Positions 28,182 to 40,974 of a stretch of 64,000 nucleotides of DNA are shown in pieces (the first letter of the stretch is position 1; every line of letters starts with the position of its first letter). The stretch is from Eledone cirrhosa (Eukaryota). The position numbers and the translations under genes were made by a program. Location: NCBI GenBank assembly GCA_964016885.1, contig OZ024743.1, positions 375,906,001 to 375,970,000 of the forward strand, in the 5' to 3' direction. The notes below the pieces were generated by a model. That model did not search any database. It was not told the DNA's origin and worked only from the letters and a program-made list of their open reading frames with translations.

Positions 28182-28921
28182 ATGTATGCATATTCTTCAT
28201 CTAAGATCGTCTGGAACGGACCTTTGCCGACACCTTGTAAATCTGCTTAGTTTTTGTTATTCTAGGGACCATAAAACCTGATGATTTCACAGAGTTTGAA
28301 TACTTCATAAGTTCTTCATAAGTTCTTCATTAATTCTTAATATTCTGAGTCAATGTGGAATCATTTAGCGAGATTTAAGTGAACTAAGAAGCCCCATTAC
28401 AGAAACACCACTATCTATTCGCACATATTTGAAGAATGCCTGACTTATGAGTCCGTAGGTCAATGTATTTACTCCAGTGACCCCCTAAGATCGTCCCGGG
28501 TCGTTTGAGATATTTCGGAATATGATCCTTGCTAGAGAAATTTAAAAAAATCAATAAATTAAAGACGGCATTGATAAATTAAGGATATAATGTTCTAAAT
28601 TATTAGAAGTTCAAGGAAGAGAGATCTATGATTTTGTTGATTATATATATAACAGTATAGCGGAGAATAGATGTTTATTAATCAGTAATAATGATACCGC
28701 TGCCATTGATATGGTGGATAATTCTATTCTATTGAAATAATGAATATGAATTGATTATTAAGTTGATAAGTTAACTGATTTTATTGAATGCTTCAGTTCA
28801 TTTCTCTTGAATAAAGAGATTTCGAGTGTATTTTGATCGTCTGCACGTTAACGACAGAAGACGATTTAACGTATAGTAAGTACTACAGAGCAATTTGGGT
28901 TTGATAGAAATAGCAGATATA

Positions 28922-28979
<58 letters not shown>

Positions 28980-29204
28980 GTAATCAGTGAATACACCACA
29001 ATTCATCCTCCAACCTCACCCCTTCCTTCATTTATAAAATTAGTCATCTTGTTAGTTAAATGAAATCAATATTCTGATAACTAAGTAGAGAAAGAGAAAG
29101 AGGGAGAGAGAAAGAGAGCGGGGGCGGGGAGAGAGCAAGAGGTAGGTAGATAGATAGAGAGGGAAAGGAACAGAGCGAGAGATAGATAGATAGCTAAATA
29201 GATA

Positions 29205-32200
29205 TATTTCTTTATTTGCCACAAGGGCACACAAGAAAAGGGGACAATACAAAGACACACGCCGGGGATTTTACATACAGTCGTGTAAAAATATTGAAAC
29301 AAACAATTATAACAATCGAAATCCCCAATAGGGGGGAAGCGTCACAAATGGGTTGTTTAATACCCCATCGATAGAACAGCCTTCAACTTCAGGAGCGTGT
29401 TGTGCAAGTGCTCCTTTCTTCCTTTTGCTCTCTTCCTCAACCTACAGGTTTATAAACAGAGAAGGCCCAATCACTCGGGCCATTTTCGTTTCATTCACCC
29501 ACCTTTCAGTAAATTTATTGGGGTGCGGTGCAGTGCCTCTCTCTCTCCACCCTGATTCTCCTTCTAAAGTGATACTTAAAGAAGGGAATCAATTGTTGTC
29601 CCGAGAGAAAGGCATCTGTCCCCAATCCTCTCAACCTCGTCCACCGTATAACCTCTTTCACCATAGCCACTGTACAGAGGAAAATCGCCTCTCTTTCGTT
29701 TTTGAAAGAGGCTGGCGGTTTGATCCTTACTATGGACTCGGCAGTCAACTGGATTTGTCCCATACGCGACAGCAGTTGTTCTGCATAGTTCCACAGGTCG
29801 CTTACGCCCAGGCAGTGTACAATTGCGTGCAAGACGGTATCAATGTCCTGCTCGCATCTTGGACACGTCCTCTTGGAAGGATCCCTGCCGAGGCGTCCGT
29901 GCCTGTAGATCTTATCTCGAACGAGTAGAGCTCCTTGGTAGCACTGCCAGGCCAAGGACCTCTGGAAGTTGTCCATAGGTCCCGGGCGGAAAGTCCTACC
30001 GAGCAGACTGGTGAGCTCGTCGTCTTCGACGTTTTGAGTCTCCCCGAGCACGTCGTCGCACTTGTAAAGTACTAACCCTCTATAGAATGTCGAAGTAGAG
30101 TCTCCACTGATTGCTGTGCCCGCTTGACAGAGGACTGTGAGCGCCTGGGCGCTTTCAATGTGCCAGGCGCCCATCTTCTTGGGTCTTCGCTTCACCCAGG
30201 ACTGCAGCTCCGTCAGCGAGACAAGTTGTGGGAAGGCCTGTCTAACAAACGGTGCCCACACCGGTTGGTCGGTGAGGAATACCTGGAGGTGCCGTAGCCT
30301 CAGCGCATGTTTGCGCATCATTAGCCACGGCATGCCCAGCCCTCCATTGGAAGGGTGTTGACAGCAGACGGATCTCCTCACCAGTGGAGCCTGCTTCTTC
30401 CACAGGAACTAGAAGAGCATGCGTTCCATCTTAGTGAGGTATTCACGGGGACAAGGCACGACAGTCAAGCGGTAGTAGATGATGGACGCTATGAAAGTGT
30501 TCGCCACCTCCGCTCGACCTTTCAAAGACAGTTTGCACTCTGCCCACTTCTGGGTGAGCGCAAATACCTTGGCCATGACCTCGTTCCAGTTTTTCTCCAC
30601 CTGGAGGTCTGGACCGAACCAGACCCCGAGCAATTTCACCGCTCCTTCCGCCCAGCGTCCGACGACGCTGTCGGACGGCATCGGTTTGCCTCTCCACGTT
30701 CCGAGTTGCAAACCGATAGACTTGTCCGGGTTCAGTTTTGCTCCTGTGAACCTTTCGTATTCCTGTAGTAGGTTGCCGATTACCTTGATTTCCGAGGTTT
30801 TCGACACCATTACCGTCACGTCGTCAGCATAAGTCGACGCCGCTTTTCGCAGTCCCAGTTCTAAAGGGATGCCCTGCAAAAGCTCCAGCTTCCGCAGTAG
30901 TGGCTCTAGAGTCTATACGTACAGAATGGAGGAGAGAGGGCATCCCTGTCGAATGGAACGAGTGATTGCGAACGGCTCCGATAGGTAGCCGTTCACTTTG
31001 ACCCTCGAGCAGATGCTGGTGTGCATCGCCTTGATCCAGCCCCTGAAAACGAGACCGAAACCGGCCGCCTTGAGAACCGCTTCCAAGTATCGATGGTCGA
31101 CCCTATCGAATGCCTTAGACTGATCTAAATTTATCAGAGCCCCACCGAAGCCGGGTTTACACTCCACCCTCTTTCTGATGTATCGTATGAGGTGGAGGTT
31201 GTCGTGTATGGACCTGGTCGGGATTGCACACGTTTGCGCTTTCCCTACCAGGTTTTCGACGACAAGCGCCAGCCTCGTTGCTAGCACTTTGGCCAAAATC
31301 TTTAACTCTGTGTTGAGCAGTTATGGGCTTGAAATTGTTTATTTCTCCCCCCCCCCCCCTGTTCTCGTCTTTCCTGATAAGCGTTACTACGCCCTTGCCT
31401 GCAGAAAGGGAATTGTTCCATTCTGCTGCCAATTGCAGTAGACGGCTTCGAGGGCGCCAGAGAACAAGTCCGGCATGCCTATGTAAAACTCAGGGTAGAC
31501 CATCTAGATCGAGTGTTTTGCGTTTCCCGCAGCGGCCCAGAGCGTCCCGTACCTCACTGGCTGTGATCGGTCTTTCGCAGAACTCAGCGTCCATGCTCGA
31601 GAGACGTGGCAGGCCGTCGAGGTATGAAGCAAAGCCCATTGCCCCGTTCGGTGCACCGTCGTTCTGTTCAAACAGTCGCGCAAGGTGCCGCTGAAAGGCC
31701 GCGCACATCTGCCTGGGGTCAAGTAGCACGCGTCCGTTTAGGTTTTCAAAGACCGAATCGTGGACTTGTTGCCACTTTTCGCTTCCGCCACTCGGGCCCA
31801 GCTAACAGCTTTTGCTCCCTCGTTTCCTAGATCACGTGATATACTTCTGACCACGCAGCCTTCGTGTTTCGCGTCGAAGAACTGGTCCAGTGCCGTTCTC
31901 GATGCTAGCACTCTAGCTACGTTGCCACTCCTAAGCGCCTCTTCTATCTTGGCTACTAGTTCTGTTTCTGATTTGTTTTTCTCTAAAGCTAATTCTCTGC
32001 TAAATCCTATCGATTCTACTCTAATTGCTCTCTTGAGAGAGTACCACCATCTATTGTTGACGATGGCTCCCGTCAACTCTTGCTTAACTAATCTACTTAT
32101 CCGTTCACTGTAGGTTTTTTGTGCCGGTAAAGACACGTTCAGCTTCCAGTATCCGGGTCCTTGTCTATGTATTCTATCACGGTTGACAATGCAGACGACT

Positions 32201-33115
32201 AGTTTGTGATCTGAATAGGCAACCATGTGCATTTGTGGACAACTTAACATCTTCTTATCCTTTTCTCTAAAAACCTATCTAGATACGATCTAGATGTCCC
32301 GCTGCGGTTTGCCCACGTCCACTGTGGTGCAGTTGAGGAATCTAGTCGACATCTATCGGCCAGTTGGAATTGGCCGATTAGATTTTTGAGGCTGTTGCAC
32401 CCCGCTCTACTGGGACATGCTCCCACATAGTCCCATCGTGTGTCTAGGATACCATTCCAGTCCCCCACTAAAAGCAAGGAGCGAGACGTTCCCAGAAAAG
32501 ACTCTAGACGCTTAAAGAAATCTGGCCGCGATTGTGATTGCCCGGTCGGGGCAAAACGGCCATCAGTCTGAAGGCTCTACCTCCAATACTGTTCACGTCT
32601 AGGACTACCAGTCTACCCTCCGGGTCCAAGTGTACTTGCTGTACTTCGAGATCCAGGTTTTTCCGAAACATGACAGTCACTCCCCCTCGACCACCCGGCT
32701 GACAGAGAGATGTGTTGTAGATCTCAAAGTCATTGAAGATGGGGGTTAGTTGCTGGCTGTTGTGGATCCTGGACTCGGTGATGGCTATTACATCCATACC
32801 GTGTGACCTAAATTTCCAGGGCAGCCCTAGGCCACGCACATTCACGCTTCCAACTCGTAAGTCAGCCATGTTGGTGGAGAAGAGTTGGCGAAAAGGACGA
32901 AAAGGTGCACTTACCTTTTCGTTTCCTGGAGATCGGGTTGTTCAATCTCCATTTCAGTTCTGGTGGGGGTGTTGAGTGGGGTGGGAAATATTTCAACAGG
33001 ACACGGTTTATTTGTTTTTGGCAGGGGTTGCCAACGTCCTGTGAAAAGTGTTCTTTCAATTTCTGATAGGTTTCTATCGAAACCCTTATTAGTTTTAGAC
33101 AGAGGCAGAAATAGA
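29205..33115 (-). mobile_element. Tx1-like LINE (copy 2), degenerate APE-RT-zinc knuckle
   Basis: MADLRVGSVNVRGL, LLVGDWNG, SDHKLV, PGYWKLN, LDQSKAFDRVDH, IRQGCPLS, YADDVT, CPRC..H..HC. Confidence 0.92.
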
Positions 33116-33136
33116 TAAATAGAGATCTGATAGATA

Positions 33137-33179
<43 letters not shown>

Positions 33180-33182
<3 letters not shown>

Positions 33183-33381
33183 AAAGAAAGTATGGTAAAA
33201 AACCAGGTGGACTATAACGCACCAGAGTACTCGATACTTAGGGTTGTAGAGTGGGTAATAGGAAAAGTGTCGGAATCTCGACGGCTGAGCTCCAGCCGTT
33301 TCGACAGCTAGATTCGAACTCAGAGTTCGAATCTAGCTATCGAAACGGCCGGAGCTCAGCCGTCGGGGTCCTGACTATTTT

Positions 33382-33385
<4 letters not shown>
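33180..33385 (-). mobile_element. Family A palindromic mini-element, copy 3
   Basis: Same tail and GAAAC-stem III palindrome as 24131 and 24391. Confidence 0.8.
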
Positions 33386-33429
<44 letters not shown>

Positions 33430-33454
33430 TAATAATAATAATAATAATAGTAAT

Positions 33455-33638
33455 AATAATAAATTTGAAGACTAAAATCCAAAGAGGGCTCGATCTCGAC
33501 GGCTGAGCTCCGGCCGTTTCGATAGCTAGATTCGAACTCTGAGTTCGAATCTAGTTGTCGAAACGGCTGGAGCTCAGCCGTCGAGATTCCGACACTTTTC
33601 CTATTACACACTCTACAACCTCTGTTATTTTAATAAAT
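33455..33638 (+). mobile_element. Family A copy 4 embedded in the ends of a family B element
   Basis: 33497-33620 is an inverted near-copy of 33241-33365. Flanks AAATTTGAAGACTAAAATCCAAAGAGGGCTCGAT and CTGTTATTTTAATAAA match 48480-48630 and 52450-52610. Confidence 0.7.
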
Positions 33639-33655
33639 ATATATATATACATACA

Positions 33656-33743
<88 letters not shown>

Positions 33744-36700
33744 ACTACCACAAACATACAACCACCAACACAAACAACAAAAACATCACAAACAAAACCC
33801 CCGCCTCCTGAAAACAAAATACCTACAACAAAACGAAAGCACACACAAGAACTACAGACAAAAACAAACACAACACAAGAAAATTACACTTACGCTTACA
33901 TAAACACTGAAAACAAAACACTAATGGAGACCATCACGAACGACCCTTCGGTGAAAACCGAAGGGAAAACTTTCGCCCACTCTATTAAAAATAACAAAAA
34001 ACTGAACCTAAAACTGATTAGGGTCCCTATACAAACTTATAGGTCCCTAAAAGAAACATTTGAGAAGGATGTGGGGAATTCCTGCGTGAAACCACTTAAC
34101 CGCGTCCTTCTCAAATGTCTCCCCACCCCAGACACCCCCATCCCACCAGACCCCACCCCACCAAACAACTCAGTCCCCACCCTGCCGGAAACCACCACCC
34201 ACCCAGACAACCCCTCCAACACCCCCATGGAAATCGTGCAGCCTGGTCCCCAGGAGACGAAGGGTGAGTGATCTCTTTTCCTCTTTTAACTTTTCAGCAC
34301 CAACATGGCCAATATGAGAGTTGGATGTGTGAACGTACGCGGCCTGGGGATGCCCTGGAAACAGGGCAAACTCTTAAACGACCTCAGGTCGCACAGTATG
34401 GATGTGGTAGCCATTTGCGAGTCCAGGATCCACAGCGAGCGACAGCTGACCCCCATCTTCGATGACTTTGAGATCTACGCATCTCTCTGTCAACCGGGGG
34501 GTGGAGGTGGAGTTACCGTTTTGCTGCGGAAACACCTGGGCCTCGTAACACAGACGGTACATCTGGACCCGGAGGGTCGACTGGTGGTCCTAGATGTTGA
34601 CGGTAGTGAAGGTGGAGCCTTCAGGCTGGTGGCCGAATATGCCCCATCCGGGACACCGCGGCCAGACTTCTTCAAACGTCTAGAGACTTTTCTGGGAACG
34701 TCCCGCTCCTTGCTTTTAGTGGGGGACTGGAATGGAATCCTAGATGCACGTTGGGACTATGTGGGAGCATGTCCCGAAAAAGGGGGATGTAACAGCCTCA
34801 AACAGTTAATCGACCGATTTGACCTGGCCGATAGATATCGACTAGATTTTCCGACTGCGTCACTGTGGACGTAGAGTAATCGTAGCGGAACATCTAGATC
34901 GTACCTAGATAGGGTTCTAGTTAGAAATAAGGATAGGGACATGTTAAGCTGTCCACAAATGTTCATGGTTGCCTATTCAGATCACAAACTAGTGACCTGC
35001 ATGGCCAACCTTGATAGAACCCATAGACAAGGACCCGGCTACTGGAAGCTGAACTTGTCGTTACCGACAAGCAAAGCCTACAGTAGACGGATTAGCACTT
35101 TAGTTAAACAGCACTTGACAGGGGCCATTGTCAACAACAGATGGTGGTCCTCTCTCAAGAGAGCAGTTAGATTAGACTCGATAGTTTTTAGTAAAGAATT
35201 AGCGTTAGATAGAAATAGAACCGAGAAGGAACTGGTAGATAAAGTAGAAGAGGCAATTAGTAGATAAAGTAGAAGTGGCAACGTAGCCAGCGTGCTAGCA
35301 ACGAGAACGGCCTTGGACCAGTTCTTCGACGCAAAGCACGAGGGCTGCGTTGTCAGAAGAAAAATACGTGCTCTGGGAAACGAGGGAGCAAAAGCTGTTA
35401 GCTGGGCCCGAGTGACGGGCAACAAGTCCACGATTCGGTCTTTGAAAACCTAAACGGAGGCGTGCTACTTGACCCCAGGCAGATGTGCGCGGCCTTCAGC
35501 GGCACATTGCGCGACTATTTGAACAGAACGACGGTGCACCGAACGGGGCGTGATACGTGAGCCGAAGCAGATGTGTGCGGCCTTTCAGCGGCACTTTGCT
35601 CAACTGTTCGGGCGGGGAGGAACGCCGGAAGGGGCTATGGATTTCGGTCCATACCTCGACGGCCTACCGCGACTCTCGGACAGCGGGGCAAAGTTCTGCG
35701 AAAAGCCGATTTCAGCCGCTGAGATAGGGGTTGCTCTGAGCCAATGCGGCAAACACAAATATCCAGGTCTCGACAGTCTACCCTACGAATTTTACATAGC
35801 AATGTCGGACTTATTCTCCGGTCTCTGGAAGCGGTCTACTGCAACTGGCAACAGAACGGGAGAATTCCCAGTTCTGTAACCGGGGGCGTAGTCACACTAG
35901 TCAGGAAGGACGAGAATAAGGGGATGACATAGGCAACTTCCGGCTCATAACTCTGCTAAACACAGAGTTACAGATTATGGCTAAGGTGTTGGCAAAGAGG
36001 CTGGCGCTTGTCGTCGAGAACCTGGTGGGAGAAGCGCAGACATGCGCAATCCCGACCAGTTCCATACACGACAACCTCCACCTCATGCGATACATCATAG
36101 AGAGGGTAGGGTGTAAATCCGGCTTCGGTGGGGCCCTGATCAACTTGGAACAGTCTAAGGCTTTCGATAGGGTTGACCATCGTTACATGGATGCGGTGCT
36201 CGAGGCGGCAGGCTTCGGACCCATGTTCAGGGGATGGATTGCTGCAATGCACAACAGCAACATCTGCTCAAGGGTCAAGGTGAACGGCTACCTCTCGGAG
36301 CCGTTCCATATTACGCGATCCATTCGACAGGGATGCCCTCTCTCCTCCCTTCTGTACGTACTGACTCTCGAGCCACTACTGCGGAAGTTGGAGCTATTGC
36401 AGGGCATCCCTCTGGAACCGGGACTGCGGAAAGCGGCGTCGGCCTACGCCGACGACGTGACAGTAATGGTGTCGAGCGCCTCGCAAATCGAGGAAGTCGG
36501 CACCTTACTGAAGGAATACGAAAGTTTCACAGGAGAGAAGCTGAACAGCGACAAGTCCATCGGTTTGCAACTAGGATCGTGGAGAGGCAAACCGATGCCT
36601 TCCGATGGCGTCGTCGGATGCTGGACGGAAGGACCGGTAAAACTGCTCGGGGTCTGGTTTGGTCCGGACCTCCAGGTGGAGAAGAACTGGAACGAAGTGA

Positions 36701-38068
36701 CGGCCAAGGTGTTTGCACTCACCCAGAAGTGAGCCGAGTGCAAACTATCCTTGAAAGGTCGAGCGGAGGTGGCGAACACTTTTATAGCGTCCGCACTCTA
36801 CTACCGCTTGACCGTCGTGCCTTGTCCAGCCAAAACGATCGCCAAAATGGAGCGCGCGCTCTTCCAATTCCTTTGGAAGAGGCGGGCTCCTTTGGTGAGA
36901 CGATCCATCTGCTGCCAACACCCTTCTAACGGAGGGCTGGGGATGCCGTGGTTGACGATGCGCAAACACGCGCTCAGGCTGCGGCATCTCTACGTATTCT
37001 TCACCGGACAAAGGGTGTGGGCCCTGTTCGTGAGGCGAACCTTCCCACGACTTGTCTCGCTGACCGAGCTGCAGTCCTGGGTCAAGCAAAGACCGAGGAA
37101 ATGGGCGACTGGCACATCGAATGTGCTCAGGCACTCACAGCCCTCTGGCAGGCGGACCCGGCGATCAGTGGAGACTCCACTTTGTCATTCTATAGAGGGT
37201 TGATCCGCAGCAAGTGCGACGACGCGCTCGGTGAAACTCTAGGCGTAGAGGAAGATGAACTGGCCAGTCTGTTCGGTAGGACCTTCCGCCCGGGACCGAT
37301 GGACAACTTCCAAAAGTCCCTGGACTGGCAGTGCTACCGAGGAGCTCTACCAGTTCGAGACAAGCTCTACAGACATGGGCGCCCGGGCAGGGACCCTGCA
37401 AAAAAGATCTGTCCGAGGTGCGTGCGAGACGAAGAAACCGTCGCGCACGCATTCATACACTGCCCGGGCGTCACTGACCTGTGGGGCTATGTAGAACGAC
37501 TATTGTCGCGGGTGGGACCAATCCGGTTGACCACCGAGTCCATTGTCATGATCAAACCGCCACCCTCCTTCAAAAACGAAGGAGAGGCGGTTTTCCTTTG
37601 TGTGATAGCTATGGCGAAAGAGGTTGTATGGTGGACAAGGTTGAAAGGGCTGAGGTCAGACACCTTTCTCTCCGGCCAACAACTGATTCTTTTTTTCAAA
37701 TACCACTTTGGAAGAAGAATCAGGATGGAGAGAGAGGTGCTGTACCCCAGCAAGTTTTATGAAAGGTGGGTGAAAGTGGCGAGAATGGCCCGAGTGAATG
37801 GGCCTTCTCTCTATATCAGCCTGTAGGTTGAGGAAAAGGAGGAGGAGAGGAAAGGAGTACAAACTCTTCGTACTCCTGGAGATGAGGGTTGCACATTTTT
37901 TTTTCGGGGGTATGTGTTACCCATATAAACTGTCTCCCCTATTGGGGAAAATCGACTAACTTTTTTAATTGCATTTGTGATAACATTTTACACGTTTTTA
38001 TTGTATGTAAACTTCCCACTTTGTATTTGTCCCCTTCTTTTGTGCCCCTGTGGCTAATAAAGAAACAT
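33744..38068 (+). mobile_element. Tx1-like LINE (copy 3), near full length, with stops and frameshifts
   Basis: Short ORF1-like region to 34271, then APE from 34305, RT from 35977 and a zinc knuckle. Preceded by (TATC)n and followed by AATAAA and (TC)n. Confidence 0.93.
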
Positions 38069-38070
38069 AC

Positions 38071-38153
<83 letters not shown>

Positions 38154-38155
<2 letters not shown>

Positions 38156-38360
38156 GGAGAAAGTATGACCCCGACGGCAGAGCTCAAGCCGTTTCGACAG
38201 CTATTTCTGGACTAAAACTTTAGTCCAGAAATAGCCGTCGAAACGGCTTGAGCTCTGCCGTCGGGGTCATACTTTCTCCTATTACCCACTCTACTTCCCT
38301 AAGTATTGAGTACTCTGGTACGTTATGGTCCATCTGGTTCCTTACCACAAATCCTCCGTT
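38154..38360 (+). mobile_element. Family A palindromic mini-element, copy 5
   Basis: Inverted repeat 38154-38281 plus tail. Confidence 0.85.
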
Positions 38361-38515
38361 ATATATATATATATATAAGTATGTATATATATATATATAT
38401 AAGCCGTACTAAGAGTGGGAAATGAAATTTCGTTTCATTTTTCCTGTTTATATATATATATATATATATAGTTATAGGAATAACCAAAGAGTGCTTAGAA
38501 ATAAATTGTTTTATT

Positions 38516-38562
38516 AGCTAACAGTGTTTCATCCATACACCATGGCAGGAATCATCAGAGCC
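38516..38562 (-). ncRNA. Type I hammerhead ribozyme
   Basis: Reverse complement reads GGCT CTGATGA TTCC..GGAT GAAAC ACT GTT AGCT, then AATAAA. Confidence 0.75.
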
Positions 38563-38766
38563 TATAAACATGAGTATATCAGTAGTTGCATGCTCCATCG
38601 AGCTGTGTCACCCGAACAAGGTTAAATGACCATAACTATAACGGCCATAACCTATAACTATAACGGCTCTCTAGTATACTAGTTATCCTACATTGAGCTA
38701 AAACCACACTGTCATACCAAGGGCAATATATCTACATGTCTGGACATATTGATATATTTGTCAACG

Positions 38767-38806
<40 letters not shown>

Positions 38807-38888
38807 ATAATTGAGGGCTCGATAAGGATAAATATATATCAAATATATAAGAACCCTAGAGCAAATATTTATTAAAATAACAGATTAA

Positions 38889-38939
38889 AGTTTAAGCAAA
38901 GAATCGCTGCTTTCACCCTTAACGGGATCTTCTGAAACT
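38889..38939 (-). ncRNA. Hammerhead-like motif, family B (core CAGAAGA)
   Basis: Reverse complement reads AGTTT CAGAAGA TCCC GTTAA GGGT GAAA GCA..TGC TT AAACT. Lies inside mini-element 38803-38982. Confidence 0.7.
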
Positions 38940-39035
38940 AAAAAGATCCCGTTAAGTGTTAAACTTTAATCTGTTATTTTAATATATATATATATATATA
39001 TATATAAAGAGAGGGAGAGAGAGGAAGAGAGCGAG

Positions 39036-39070
<35 letters not shown>

Positions 39071-39117
39071 TAGACAGAGAAAGAAATAGATAAACAGATA
39101 GAGATATGATAGATACG

Positions 39118-39157
<40 letters not shown>

Positions 39158-39455
39158 GAGAGAGAGAGGGGGGGGGGGCAAAGAGATTGATAGATAAATA
39201 GAGAAAAAAATAGAGAGATAGAGTCGGAGTTCGTGTGTATGTGTGGCTAAATGGTTTCGATTTTTGGCAATAGTGTCAATGCTTCGTTTACTGGGTGGGA
39301 TTATTTTGCCCGAATTGCTAGAAATAGCAGCCAAAATTTTTCTTATTCTAAACCTTGCCTGTTTTAGCCGATAGAGTTAATCGATGGTATGTATTAATAT
39401 TATATACATATACGATATAGGAAATATATACACTATACATTCAACGTGATAAACA

Positions 39456-39664
39456 CAGACCTGCCAACCTCTAAAATCCCCAACGGAGAGTATCATGAAA
39501 AAAAGAGCCCCAAACGGGGAAGGGGGGGGGGGAAGAGGCAAAATGGGGAGATTATACATAATGAAAGCTACGGGTATACCCATTTTCAGAAGAGAAGACA
39601 TCTCTCACCCACCCCAAAGTGGGTGGGAGATATCTCCGTCGGACGGAGAGAGTCGACAGGTCTG
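39456..39664 (+). mobile_element. MITE, TIR CAGACCTGCCAAC, 6-bp TSD TAAACA
   Basis: Ends CAGACCTGCCAAC / GTCGACAGGTCTG, with TAAACA on both sides. Confidence 0.8.
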
Positions 39665-39994
39665 TAAACAGTAATAACATTTCAAAAAATGCTCTAAAAA
39701 TTATATAAATATATGAAAAATAGAAATATGTATTACAAAATTGATTAATATTACATTATGTAAAAAAAAAAAATGAAAATTATTCATTTCTAATTTTAGG
39801 AACAGGGGCAGCAAATTTGGGAGAAGGGCAAAGTTGATTAAATCAACTCCAGTACTTGACTGGTAATACTTTATTTTATCAACACCGGAAGGGTGAAAGA
39901 CAAAGTTGATCTTGGCAGGATTTTTAGGCGATTTACATGCGGACACACACGGCAGTAGGTCAGAGTTTAAAAGATTTTAAATGACAATTTATTA

Positions 39995-40560
39995 CCTAAC
40001 AGTGGAGACTTCTGGTGTCCTTGGCCATGTGACCACCTCCCTACTCACCACCATTGGCACGGAGTTGGCTACCTGCAGGTGTGAGCCGAGTGAGCTGCAG
40101 ACCTCCCAACCTCTAAAAACCCAAACGGGGAGAAATGAGGCAGAATGGGGAGATTTTACATAATTGTTTCTACTTTAGGCACAAGGCCAGCAATTAACCA
40201 GTACATTACTGGTACTTTATTTTATCGACCCCGCAAGGATGAAAAGCAAAGTTAACCTCGGCGGGATTTGAACTCAGACCGTAAAGGGACGTAACTATAC
40301 TGGAAAGCATGGCGTCCGACTCTCTACCGATACTGCCAAATGAAAGCTATACCCATTTTCACAAGAGAAGACATCTCTCGCCCACCCGAAAGAGGGTGGG
40401 TGATGTTGTCGGACGGGGAGAGTTGACTGGTCTGGAGCTTGAAAGGCTCTTTCAGCGCGTCTCCTTCACCATCCTCCGGGAAAACGCCTTCTCTATTCTG
40501 TTCACCGGGGCCGCTGGGCTCCCGTTTGCTTATAATAGTGAGGTATGGGAAGAACTAGAG
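39995..40560 (+). mobile_element. Nested insertion: CRE-like fragment containing a MITE (40098-40434), which contains a SINE (about 40163-40340, minus)
   Basis: CRE peptide VETSGVLG..CEPSEL resumes as ELERLFQRVS after the MITE. TSD is GAGCTG/GAGCTT. Confidence 0.78.
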
Positions 40561-40613
40561 AGACGGAGGTAGTGAATGAAAGAGAGAGAATGTTAACACT
40601 TATTTTCTTATTT

Positions 40614-40789
40614 CAGATTTGTCAACTCTCCCCGTCCGACTTAGTGATGGGTGAGAGATGTCTTCTCTTGTTAAAAGGGGGTACAGCTTTCATTATGTCA
40701 AATCTCCCCATTTTGTCACATTTCTCTCCGTTTTGGGCACTTTTTCTTATGGTACTCCTCGTTTGGGTTTTTAGAGGTTGGCAGATCTG
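40614..40789 (-). mobile_element. MITE, same family, TSD TTATTT
   Basis: TTATTT|CAGATTTGTCAAC...GTTGGCAGATCTG|TTATTT. Confidence 0.8.
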
Positions 40790-40974
40790 TTATTTATTTA
40801 TTTGTATTTACCTGTATTACAATAGAAAGGTGCTCGACTACTTATATATTTATACACAAGCAAGACTACTTAAATATTAACAAATAAATATGTAGATGCT
40901 AGCCCGCCCCCACACCACACACATAAATATTTACCACCTCTAACTCTACCCTCACCTCCACCACATCAAACCAC

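Noticed and set aside
38631-38670. TAACTATAACGG x2, resembling the LSU rRNA / I-CeuI site
   Set aside because: Only a 12-nt match with no surrounding rRNA similarity.
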